Shown one piece after another: positions 16,450 through 24,412 of a stretch of 32,924 bases of DNA. The notes beneath the pieces were generated by a model, which searched no databases, had not been told where the DNA came from, and saw only the letters and a program-made list of their open reading frames with translations. The stretch is taken from NCBI GenBank assembly GCA_016550395.1, contig JABXGY010000180.1:1-32924 (forward strand), given 5' to 3'. This DNA comes from an archaeon (GTDB lineage: Archaea; Asgardarchaeota; Hermodarchaeia; Hermodarchaeales; Hermodarchaeaceae). Position 1 is the stretch's first letter, and every line of letters begins with the position of its first letter. The position numbers were made by a program, and so were the translations under genes.

Positions 16450-19400
16450 TCATGAAAACCGCTTTAGAGTGGTTTGTTGTTCATCTTCTTCATGAGGAAA
16501 GAGCGAATCGATGATTCTGGCTGCCATCTCTAATCGTTGTTGGTAGTATTGGGGTAAATTATATTCTTGAGTAATTTTGGTTGCTAAATCCAAGTATTTA
16601 ACAATTCCAGCTTTAGTGACGGTTAATACCAATTTTCCTGAACACACGGAACATTTACCAGACAATGGTATTCGCCGATATTTTTCATTACAACTTGTAC
16701 ACCGAAATTGCTGAGTGGAAAAAGCCCGAATATTGCCAAAAATATCAGGAAGGAAATGGGAATCCAAAAGTCTCCTAGCCATGTCTTGGACGTCCACTGC
16801 TGCAATTCGACTTCCAATAGCGAATTGTCGTTCAACTTTTTCTTGCATTGTATTCAGTCTCGTATAGGTAGTAATCCGTGGACCATAATTTACATCACAG
16901 GTGGGGTGTGAAAACTGCAGACCATAGGACTCTGCTGTGGGAGTAATACGATGGTCAACTACCCGATGTGCCACTAAATCAAAGATACCTTCGACGTCCT
17001 TAGGATCTGCAAATTGCATTGTCCGCTCATAGAATTCAAGTGGATAAATCCCATTTCCATCAATGTTATGAGCCTCCGCATCAATTTCCTTTGGAGTTAT
17101 TGTTACACTGAGAACCAAAGGGGTATCCATCGTACCACCCCGTGAGGTTGGGAGATACTCACGTGAGAAATTAATCATTGGATCAAGAGCAAGCATCACA
17201 GCATCCTCATCACCATCACATTGAGCAACGCAAAGCATTGTGTTTTGAGAGATATTATGATAAGCAGGAATTTCTTCGTTCACCGTTTGAACTTCAAGGC
17301 AATATGAGGAACTATTTTTATGAGAATATTCAATATTCTTAATTTGATCAGCTATCATCGAGTCACTAATTCTTGAGAGGCTTTGCGACTTGGGGTACCC
17401 ATCTCTGATTATTTTTTGGGCACATTCGGATTTTTTCTTATGAATCAGCAATAGGTTTGGTAAAATTTGTATGTTCTCTCTTCCGGGAATATTAACGTGA
17501 TAAAGACCCTTCGTTTCCTTCGGTGGAATTCCAAGTTCATCATATCTTTCTAACACTTTTTGACCAAAGCGCGCACCTTTTACAGGACTAATTCTGGCAA
17601 AAATTCCTAAGGTTGAAAATAGGAGGCAATAATCTTCTGCTAGTTTTTGATTACCCGTGTAGAGGGTAGTTCGGCATGAACGGGGGATTATTGATCCGTC
17701 CCCATCGATGAGGGCTGAAATAAAATGGAGTTGGTATTGTTTTTTAACAGTGAAAATGAAATTGGGTATTCGTTTATCTAGTGACCTCTTTCCCATTTTC
17801 CAAGCGTAGGCTAATAAATAAGCATGAATACGATTTGAATGAACAAGTTGATGATTATCTTGCGAGTAGTAAGGTTTCGAGCCAAGAACCTTTTCGATTA
17901 GCATCCTTATATGATTACGAATGTCTCGATTTGGTACACTGAAATTGGTTTGGTAGCAGCTATGTTCATCCCTTATGTACCCTTCAGTGATATAGTATCC
18001 TAAAAGTCGACAAAAATCATCTGTAAATGGGATATAAGGAGAAATTGTCTTTGCATCACGCGCCATTGCGATTTTTGATGTGCTTGGGATTTCTTCCCAT
18101 TTGAACACGCCTTCGCTTTCAAGGACTTCTAAGTGAGATAATGGAATGGATTGGAACCAATCGTAGCTGAAAATATGTTTGTAGGGTTGTTTGGGAAGTC
18201 TTGATTGGAAATATCTTCGCCAAGTGTTAGCTATTTTCCAATGACTTAATTTGATTTGAGACTTCATTTTTGTCTTATTTTGTAAAAGACTCATACCAAA
18301 TTGGTTAAGTTTAGACTTAATCCATTTGGTCGCTTCACGAAGTCTTGTGGCATGTTTAAACTCTTGGAATTTGTTTGTGGAAGGGAGGTTATTAACCAGC
18401 TCTTGAAGGATGTTAAATGAGAATATAGAAGAAACCGATGGTATATGATTAGTACATATCACAGGAATATGATCGCCAATTTTCAAATGGAGCGCTTTGA
18501 CTTTTTCAAGGGTTTTCGTGGTTTTATTCCATTTATAAACGCCATGATCTGGAGTTGTTTTGATAATTCGGCCCGATTGGGTTGTAATTTCAATCCAATT
18601 CGTACTTTGACCTTTAATCCAATGTTTAATTGGTTGTAGTATCGGATGTAATTTCTCTGGATCAAAACTAACAGCGAACCAATTATGATATGGATTATCA
18701 ACTGCAATGGTCCCGAAATCATCAACAATTTTTTGTTTTGTTCGTTGATTAATGAGTTCTTCAACTGTTCTTCCAAGAGGACATCTGAGAAGTCTAGTTT
18801 TCTCTGCGTCCCAGATAAGAACCTCTTCACTTCCGTCAATACAGTTGCGTCGTTTGGCTGCATGCCAGAAGGGATGTGCGTAGCATACGCGGAGGGGGGT
18901 GAATCCGATGATTCGTCCGATAACGCCTGCGGATGTATGGGGAGCCAGTCCAACTACTAAGTGTCCAAGAAGATCTTCAGGTCCTTTGAGTTCATAATAG
19001 GGTTCAAGGTCATAAACTTGGACGAGAAGATCGTCGATAAACTGGGAAACGCGGTAGAGATATTTTGCACAGTCAAAAGGGATAATGATATCCTGTGTTT
19101 TGAGTTCGAGAATTTGTTCGTTGGCGTTTAGAGTATTTCCCATCCGGTCGAATTTATATCCTAATTCACACAATTTTTCTGGTGAAACACTAACTTCACA
19201 TGGTTTAAAATGGGTTAGAGGGGCATCTGTCATGTCAAACCGAATTGTGCCATCTTTATAAACGAAGAGATCATGCCGTGCCCGAAGTATGGCTTTTTCG
19301 AGTGGTTCTGGGGTCTTATGTTTACTTACTAACCCTTTCACGCCTTTTACTCGCCCAGGAAGTCTATCACCAAAGCACTTTCGTGCTCGATCCATGTGTT

Positions 19401-21516
19401 TCTTTAATGGAAGTTCGATTTGACCATATGTATTAGTAGAATTTCCGCATTTTTCACAGGTCGGAGATTTAGTCTGTCGATTACAAGTAGGACACCAGCG
19501 GATGGATGTGGTTTCGATTTCACAATCTGGACATACCCGAAGAAAGGTAATTTCTCCACACCGTGGACATAGGCGAATATTAGTTTCGACCCTAATGGAA
19601 CTCTTTTTCTCAGCTTTCCGAATATCTCTCGTAGCTCCTCCGGCATTTCCCACTGGGAATATACCATGGGGAGGTGGGTCCATCCTTCGGCGTTTCGCTT
19701 TTTCAGGACGTCCAATTCGGGCGCCCACATAAAATGTACCTTTAGCATGAATGGGGATTACCCAATTATTTTGCAAATAGGTCAAGACATCGATTGTGTC
19801 ATCTAGTGGAGAAGAGAATTGACATTTATTCTCACCTAAAAAAAGTGCATGAAGAATGGGAGCAGCTTCCTTAAATGAAATTTTGTTGTTATTTATTTCA
19901 CAAGGTATACAAAGGGTATCAATGATTTCCGTTACCTCAGGATCCACTGGACCATGGAGTTCGATAACACGCGATTCATTATGTTTAGTCTCAAGTTGGT
20001 GTATCCATTTTTCCAATGCCTGTAGTTGTGTAGCTGAAAGGTCTTCCCAGAAATATTGGTATCGTGGATGCAAAGGAGCCCCAATGATGGAGGAGATCGA
20101 TAAAGCTTGCCATGGATCAGGAAAATTTTGGAAGGGTTCATTTAGTACTCGAGAGAAAGTTTGTTTATCAACACTTTCGAAGAGCTTCTGACGTTGCACC
20201 GCAGAAGCTGAGAGAAAAACACTTAGAACCTCTTGAGCCCACCATTCAGGACAATAACCAGCGGGAATAAGTAGATGATTATTCTCACGAAATTCTCCAA
20301 ATCCAATTAGGAGGTCGCCTAAGAATAGTATCTTAGCAACATAATCGCGAATTTGATTCGCTTCATCAACCGAATCTACTCGAATGATACTCCCATTATG
20401 TAATTTGACAATGGGTCCATGAATAGAATCAACAGGCAGTGCAATGCAGCCCTTCCCAGGGCGTTCGATTTTTAGTTGAGTTCCACAAGCGATGTAATTG
20501 TCTAGGAGCACCATTGTGGCTGGATGAACTCCGAGAGCTGCTAACCCTGTGTTTCGTGACCGCCCATATCTTATTCGGAACCCACCTTTTCGTGAGGGAT
20601 ATGCTAACGCTGGACGCCCAGCAGGCATGTCCTCTAGATATTTTTCTTCAGGCTGAATTCTATGTTCAATTAGGTCCTCATCCGTTTCGCGAGGGGTTAG
20701 GTTTTCCAACCAATCCCACCCTGACAAAGAAAGCTGCGCGACAAGATTGGCTAATTTATGAGTTTTTCCGAGGACACTGTCATTTAGAACAAGAATAGCA
20801 CCGCCTCGAAGGCGATTGGTTTCTACACCAGGGAGATCTCGGTAACCGGTTACTTCTACTTCAGCTGTTGGTTCACCTGTGACTTCAACAGGAAGATTAC
20901 GTACTGCAATCCTTACCTCTTCGGGCTTTGATGGATATTGAAGATGAGATTCACGATTATACAAATCGACTTCTTCAACATATCTTTCAATATGGTCAAC
21001 CGAAGGTTTATACTGGTCTAACCCCAGTTCTTGTCGAACGGCATCAGCAACGATTACGGTCTGCGCTGCCTCCGTACCACCTGCAGCACGAATTGGCCCA
21101 GCAAAATAGACAGCTAGATATCGGCTCCCATCTGTATTCGTCTTAATTTTTACAGTGGCAATTCCTTCAATTGGTCCAGCAGTAATTCCTTCAGTCAAAA
21201 TTGCCAAGGCTGTACGAATAGCTTGTTCGGCTGCTGCTTCAATATCCCATCCGTCGGTTAGTAAACTATGAATAATCTCCCGAGCAATTTCAAATGCCAC
21301 ATTCTGAGCAGGTTCAGTTTCACTTAACTCCCTTATTCGTTCCCCAATACCATGAGGTCCTACTAATCCTTCGACTCGTCCCGCGACATCATCAGCTGGA
21401 TGCATCTCTACATCTCGTATAGGATCTAGACCTTTACTACGCGCTTTTTTTGCGACTTGCTCTAGCCTTTGAACTTCAGCTCTAATATCCGTAATATAGG
21501 ATTCTTGATACTCCAT
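16450..21516 (-). CDS. polC: DNA polymerase II (PolD) large subunit DP2, interrupted in frame by an intein
   Basis: 1688 aa. DP2 N-terminal blocks (GLDP..DVE...A.D.AGRVEGLVGP), a Zn-finger cluster CPRCG...CPDC...CPTC...CEKCG, and the catalytic-region block HPFWHAAKRRN / CDGDEDAVMLALD split by 541 aa. Extein total is 1147 aa, a normal DP2 size. Confidence 0.95.
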   Translation of the reverse strand: MEYQESYITDIRAEVQRLEQVAKKARSKGLDPIRDVEMHPADDVAGRVEGLVGPHGIGERIRELSETEPAQNVAFEIAREIIHSLLTDGWDIEAAAEQAIRTALAILTEGITAGPIEGIATVKIKTNTDGSRYLAVYFAGPIRAAGGTEAAQTVIVADAVRQELGLDQYKPSVDHIERYVEEVDLYNRESHLQYPSKPEEVRIAVRNLPVEVTGEPTAEVEVTGYRDLPGVETNRLRGGAILVLNDSVLGKTHKLANLVAQLSLSGWDWLENLTPRETDEDLIEHRIQPEEKYLEDMPAGRPALAYPSRKGGFRIRYGRSRNTGLAALGVHPATMVLLDNYIACGTQLKIERPGKGCIALPVDSIHGPIVKLHNGSIIRVDSVDEANQIRDYVAKILFLGDLLIGFGEFRENNHLLIPAGYCPEWWAQEVLSVFLSASAVQRQKLFESVDKQTFSRVLNEPFQNFPDPWQALSISSIIGAPLHPRYQYFWEDLSATQLQALEKWIHQLETKHNESRVIELHGPVDPEVTEIIDTLCIPCEINNNKISFKEAAPILHALFLGENKCQFSSPLDDTIDVLTYLQNNWVIPIHAKGTFYVGARIGRPEKAKRRRMDPPPHGIFPVGNAGGATRDIRKAEKKSSIRVETNIRLCPRCGEITFLRVCPDCEIETTSIRWCPTCNRQTKSPTCEKCGNSTNTYGQIELPLKKHMDRARKCFGDRLPGRVKGVKGLVSKHKTPEPLEKAILRARHDLFVYKDGTIRFDMTDAPLTHFKPCEVSVSPEKLCELGYKFDRMGNTLNANEQILELKTQDIIIPFDCAKYLYRVSQFIDDLLVQVYDLEPYYELKGPEDLLGHLVVGLAPHTSAGVIGRIIGFTPLRVCYAHPFWHAAKRRNCIDGSEEVLIWDAEKTRLLRCPLGRTVEELINQRTKQKIVDDFGTIAVDNPYHNWFAVSFDPEKLHPILQPIKHWIKGQSTNWIEITTQSGRIIKTTPDHGVYKWNKTTKTLEKVKALHLKIGDHIPVICTNHIPSVSSIFSFNILQELVNNLPSTNKFQEFKHATRLREATKWIKSKLNQFGMSLLQNKTKMKSQIKLSHWKIANTWRRYFQSRLPKQPYKHIFSYDWFQSIPLSHLEVLESEGVFKWEEIPSTSKIAMARDAKTISPYIPFTDDFCRLLGYYITEGYIRDEHSCYQTNFSVPNRDIRNHIRMLIEKVLGSKPYYSQDNHQLVHSNRIHAYLLAYAWKMGKRSLDKRIPNFIFTVKKQYQLHFISALIDGDGSIIPRSCRTTLYTGNQKLAEDYCLLFSTLGIFARISPVKGARFGQKVLERYDELGIPPKETKGLYHVNIPGRENIQILPNLLLIHKKKSECAQKIIRDGYPKSQSLSRISDSMIADQIKNIEYSHKNSSSYCLEVQTVNEEIPAYHNISQNTMLCVAQCDGDEDAVMLALDPMINFSREYLPTSRGGTMDTPLVLSVTITPKEIDAEAHNIDGNGIYPLEFYERTMQFADPKDVEGIFDLVAHRVVDHRITPTAESYGLQFSHPTCDVNYGPRITTYTRLNTMQEKVERQFAIGSRIAAVDVQDMARRLLDSHFLPDIFGNIRAFSTQQFRCTSCNEKYRRIPLSGKCSVCSGKLVLTVTKAGIVKYLDLATKITQEYNLPQYYQQRLEMAARIIDSLFPHEEDEQQTTLKRFS
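17221..18843 (-). mobile_element. Intein (541 aa) with LAGLIDADG homing-endonuclease domain, inserted at the KRRN/CDGDED site of DP2
   Basis: The N-terminal junction KRRN|CIDGSEEV has its Cys1 codon at 18841-18843. Block B is TTPDH. LAGLIDADG motifs are LLGYYITEGY and FISALIDGDGSI. Block F/G is YCLEVQ...AYHNISQNTMLCVAQ|CDGDED, with the last Gln codon at 17221-17223 and the +1 Cys at 17218-17220. 1623 nt, in frame. Confidence 0.9.
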
Positions 21517-22217
21517 TATCCCACCCCCAAACTGAAGAAGACAATGAAAATAATTTCAAAAATTGCTAGAGTGAATGCGATGGCGATTGGGTTTAATAAG
21601 TTGTCATTGATTGGCGAGGCGATAAAATCTACAATTACTAATACAATTGCCGCAATAAGCCCATAAATCAAAGGAATACCAATGACATACCATAAAGGAA
21701 TGAATGCCAAAGACCCGAATAAAAACCCGCCAATTGTTCCTTCAATAGTGCGGTTTCCTTTAATGCGATGTCGTCCAAATTTCAAGCCGATTATTGCAGC
21801 AGCCCCATCTCCAACAGCAGCAACGAGAACAGCGCTAACAGCTAACCATCCTGAAAGCATCCAGTTAAGTTGCAACCCAAACCACATTAAGAGAAGGTTG
21901 CTGATGAAGTAAAGTGACAGAAAAGCGAACATAGTACCAACAGCGAAGTATACACTCGCACCGAGGCGGGTACGTTCTTTGGGTCGCATGACTCGATCAG
22001 TAATACGTCTAAAGGGGAAGTAGCCATAGACTCGAATACGTGCGATGTCAAACCCCAGAAAAAAGACTAGGCAGATTCCTGTAAATCCGATAGATAACAG
22101 AGGACCGCGTAAAGGTCCAAGAAATTGCACTCCCAACCAGTTGACCAAGGCAACTAAAATCATTAGGGAATGGAAGAGCTTCCGTTGAACTTCAGTGGTA
22201 ACGACAGGAGTTGCCAT
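21516..22217 (-). CDS. Polytopic membrane protein of the dolichol kinase / CTP-dependent polyprenol kinase (cytidylyltransferase-fold, COG0170-like) family
   Basis: 233 aa with about 6-7 TM helices. The C-terminal block AAVGDGAAAIIGLKFGRHRIKGNRTIEGTIGGFLFG is typical of Sec59/phytol-kinase/CdsA-type enzymes. Its stop TAA overlaps the DP2 ATG by 1 nt (TAATG on the minus strand). Confidence 0.65.
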   Translation of the reverse strand: MATPVVTTEVQRKLFHSLMILVALVNWLGVQFLGPLRGPLLSIGFTGICLVFFLGFDIARIRVYGYFPFRRITDRVMRPKERTRLGASVYFAVGTMFAFLSLYFISNLLLMWFGLQLNWMLSGWLAVSAVLVAAVGDGAAAIIGLKFGRHRIKGNRTIEGTIGGFLFGSLAFIPLWYVIGIPLIYGLIAAIVLVIVDFIASPINDNLLNPIAIAFTLAIFEIIFIVFFSLGVG

Positions 22218-22370
22218 TGTCTAACTTGGGGATGGTGGTGCCTCTTATGCGTTTTGACGATACCATCGAATTATAATTTTTTAATTCGTTTCTATTAACT
22301 CCGATTAGGAAAAGGCTTTAAAGTGTAATATCTGTCACATCTGCCTATCAGACGCAGGTGACTTTGCTTA

Positions 22371-23348
22371 ATGGCCCATACCACCCGTCAACAAATTATT
22401 GTCGGAATGATGGTTATTCTACTGATATTCGTGGTACCTCAAGTAGGTGCAAGTTCTTCAGTAGAAGAAGGGCAAATCACGATTGTAATTGATTTTAGCC
22501 ACGATCAACTGTTTAGCCCCATAAATCGAAACTTTTCACAAGCTATTGATCACCTCCAAGATTATCCAGAATATTTTGTAAGAATTTTAGAAAAAGGAAA
22601 ATTAACGGCGGAAAATCTATCTCGTTCTCATATTTTGGTCATCCCTAATCCAGGCAGAAACTATTCATCATCAGAGCATGAGGTCATCTCAAATTACGTG
22701 AATCGAGGCGGTTCTTTGTTTCTGCTAAGTGACTATCAAGTTGATGGAAGGCAGATAGGAAATCCAATAGCGTTGAACGATATTTTACAAAAGCTCCCTG
22801 AGGATAGAATCCGTTTTACCACATTCTTAGAGGGGAATAACACACAAGGAGATGCGATTATAGATCCTGTGAATTCTATTGGAATCCCTTACAACATCCA
22901 GATAAACGGTTCAGATTTTAATACGAATTTCAATCGTGACCTCCTTGCAATTGAGCTTAAATCCCTCATAATTGCTGCGGGTTCTCTTAGCACTTATATC
23001 TCTCCCCTTCTTGTCTCCACAGGAGCTGAGACTTCAACAGCTGTAGCAATTAATGGACGACCCATCAATTACCAACCAGGATGGTTGGCGGCCTTTGAAA
23101 TTGGAAATTCACGAATTGTGTTATGTACATCAACTACAATGTTTTCTGACACCACTTGTATTGCCACAAATCAGAGTTGGTTTCAATCTATGGATAATTC
23201 CTTATTGTGGTCTAATATTTTCAGATGGATGTCTTTTCCCCTACTCCAAGATCCTACATCGATTATGATTTTCTTCGTAGTGTTAGTGTTAGTTGCTGGG
23301 TTTGTCGTGTTTGTTTATGTGTTGTGGCTGAAAAAACGTGGACGGTAA
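22371..23348 (+). CDS. Exported, C-terminally membrane-anchored protein (possibly DUF4350-like), sequon-rich
   Basis: 325 aa. N-terminal signal/TM (IIVGMMVILLIFVVPQVGASS) and a C-terminal TM plus basic tail (IMIFFVVLVLVAGFVVFVYVLWLKKRGR). Six N-x-S/T sequons. The central block HILVIPNPGR...NRGGSLFLLSD resembles DUF4350-type domains; this is a weak call. Confidence 0.55.
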   Translation: MAHTTRQQIIVGMMVILLIFVVPQVGASSSVEEGQITIVIDFSHDQLFSPINRNFSQAIDHLQDYPEYFVRILEKGKLTAENLSRSHILVIPNPGRNYSSSEHEVISNYVNRGGSLFLLSDYQVDGRQIGNPIALNDILQKLPEDRIRFTTFLEGNNTQGDAIIDPVNSIGIPYNIQINGSDFNTNFNRDLLAIELKSLIIAAGSLSTYISPLLVSTGAETSTAVAINGRPINYQPGWLAAFEIGNSRIVLCTSTTMFSDTTCIATNQSWFQSMDNSLLWSNIFRWMSFPLLQDPTSIMIFFVVLVLVAGFVVFVYVLWLKKRGR

Positions 23349-24016
23349 AATAAGTTTCGTACAAGCGTTAAGAGCCATCGTGTAATATCACGACGGGCTT
23401 TTATTTTCGATTCCTCATCTCCATAACTTGTTGCAATGGGAACCTCGGAGATTATAAACCCAGCCCGTTGAGCATCGATGAGAATCTCCGTTTCAGCTGC
23501 AAATCCATCATCACGCACAGGAATCCGTTCTAATACCGTTCTTCTGAAGGCACGATAGCCTGATTGAGAATCTGTCACGGGTATTTTGAAGAACACTCTA
23601 AGAGCCTGTGTAGTGATGAGATTGCTTAATTTACGTACAAACGGCATTTTTTCTGATTGAGTTAAATAGCGCGAGCCAACAACAATATCGAATCCTTGTT
23701 TAATTTGTGTAAGAAACCGGGGAATGGAATGAGGATTATGTTGAAGATCCCCATCCAAGGTGATTATCACATCATATCGGTGTTTTATTGCAAAGGCAAA
23801 TCCAGTCCTTAGAGCTGCACCTTTTCCTCGATTTTGGTGATGCCGGAGAACTGTGGCACCTGCATCTTGAGCAACTTGGCCTGTACCATCAGTACTGCCA
23901 TCATCAACTACTATCACCAGGTCACAATACTTCTTAGAAATTGTTACTACCTGATCAACCGCACGCGATTCTTGATAAGCAGGAATGATGCAACAGACTA
24001 TCATGTAAACCAGCAA
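23315..24016 (-). CDS. GT2-family glycosyltransferase, dolichyl-phosphate mannose/glucose synthase-like
   Basis: 233 aa. IIPAYQES...VVDDGSTDGT...TLDGDLQHNP...SQSGYRAF are GT-A/GT2 DPM1-like motifs. The 3' end overlaps the convergent gene by 34 nt. Confidence 0.8.
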   Translation of the reverse strand: MLVYMIVCCIIPAYQESRAVDQVVTISKKYCDLVIVVDDGSTDGTGQVAQDAGATVLRHHQNRGKGAALRTGFAFAIKHRYDVIITLDGDLQHNPHSIPRFLTQIKQGFDIVVGSRYLTQSEKMPFVRKLSNLITTQALRVFFKIPVTDSQSGYRAFRRTVLERIPVRDDGFAAETEILIDAQRAGFIISEVPIATSYGDEESKIKARRDITRWLLTLVRNLFYRPRFFSHNT

Positions 24017-24070
24017 TTGATGGGCATTTCAGATTTGGATACGTAGTTGGGTGAAAAATGAAAAACCTTA

Positions 24071-24349
24071 CTATTCCTGAGAAACCCGGGAATTTGGGGT
24101 CTTTGAGGTGGTCACAGGTTGGGTTGCACAAATGTCTACAAATTCACCATATGCATCAACGGGTTCTGTTAGAGGCGTAATAGTAATTGTGGCTTGTACA
24201 TCACAGTTTCCACAATGAACTGTTCCTTGCCCAATATTGCGATTTAGTTCCACACGAACAGCATTTCGTCCACATCTGGGACAATTGAAAATTGATGGAA
24301 TTGTTCGAACAGGACGCTTGGGAGTTGTTTTTCTTCGTCGCCGACCCAT
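24071..24349 (-). CDS. elf1: Transcription elongation factor Elf1 homologue (zinc ribbon)
   Basis: MGRRRRKTTPKRP...FNCPRCG...VHCGNCD...ITPLTEPVDAYGEFVD parallels eukaryotic Elf1/ELOF1 (MGRRKSK...FTCPFCN...ISCTVC...LSEPVDVYSDWID). I favour the ATG at 24349 over the upstream ATG at 24364 because Elf1 proteins begin MG[RK]R. Confidence 0.85.
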   Translation of the reverse strand: MGRRRRKTTPKRPVRTIPSIFNCPRCGRNAVRVELNRNIGQGTVHCGNCDVQATITITPLTEPVDAYGEFVDICATQPVTTSKTPNSRVSQE

Positions 24350-24412
24350 TTGAATACCCTTCATTGCATAAGTTTGATGTTCTATATAACTTCTTGAAAT
24401 ATTAAAACGCCA

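Noticed and set aside
17254-17262. Internal Tyr-His-Asn (AYHN) in the intein tail as the real C-terminal splice junction
   Set aside because: It is followed by Ile, which is not a Cys/Ser/Thr nucleophile. Ending the intein there would leave 11 extra residues inside the invariant KRRN-CDGDED block of DP2. The junction Gln|Cys at 17221/17220 restores the conserved extein sequence exactly.
18445-20798. Several 60-156-aa ORFs on both strands inside the DP2/intein gene (for example 18483..18953, 19404..19748, 19856..20191, 20439..20798, and further ones at 16623..16911 and 20928..21146)
   Set aside because: They are nested within a 1688-aa ORF whose identity is certain, and no independent motifs are present. 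The LAGLIDADG endonuclease is encoded in frame within the intein, not by a separate ORF.
21469-21912. Plus-strand ORFs 21469..21666 and 21682..21912
   Set aside because: They are antisense to the dolichol-kinase-like membrane gene and to the DP2 start. These are typical shadow ORFs of a hydrophobic protein gene.
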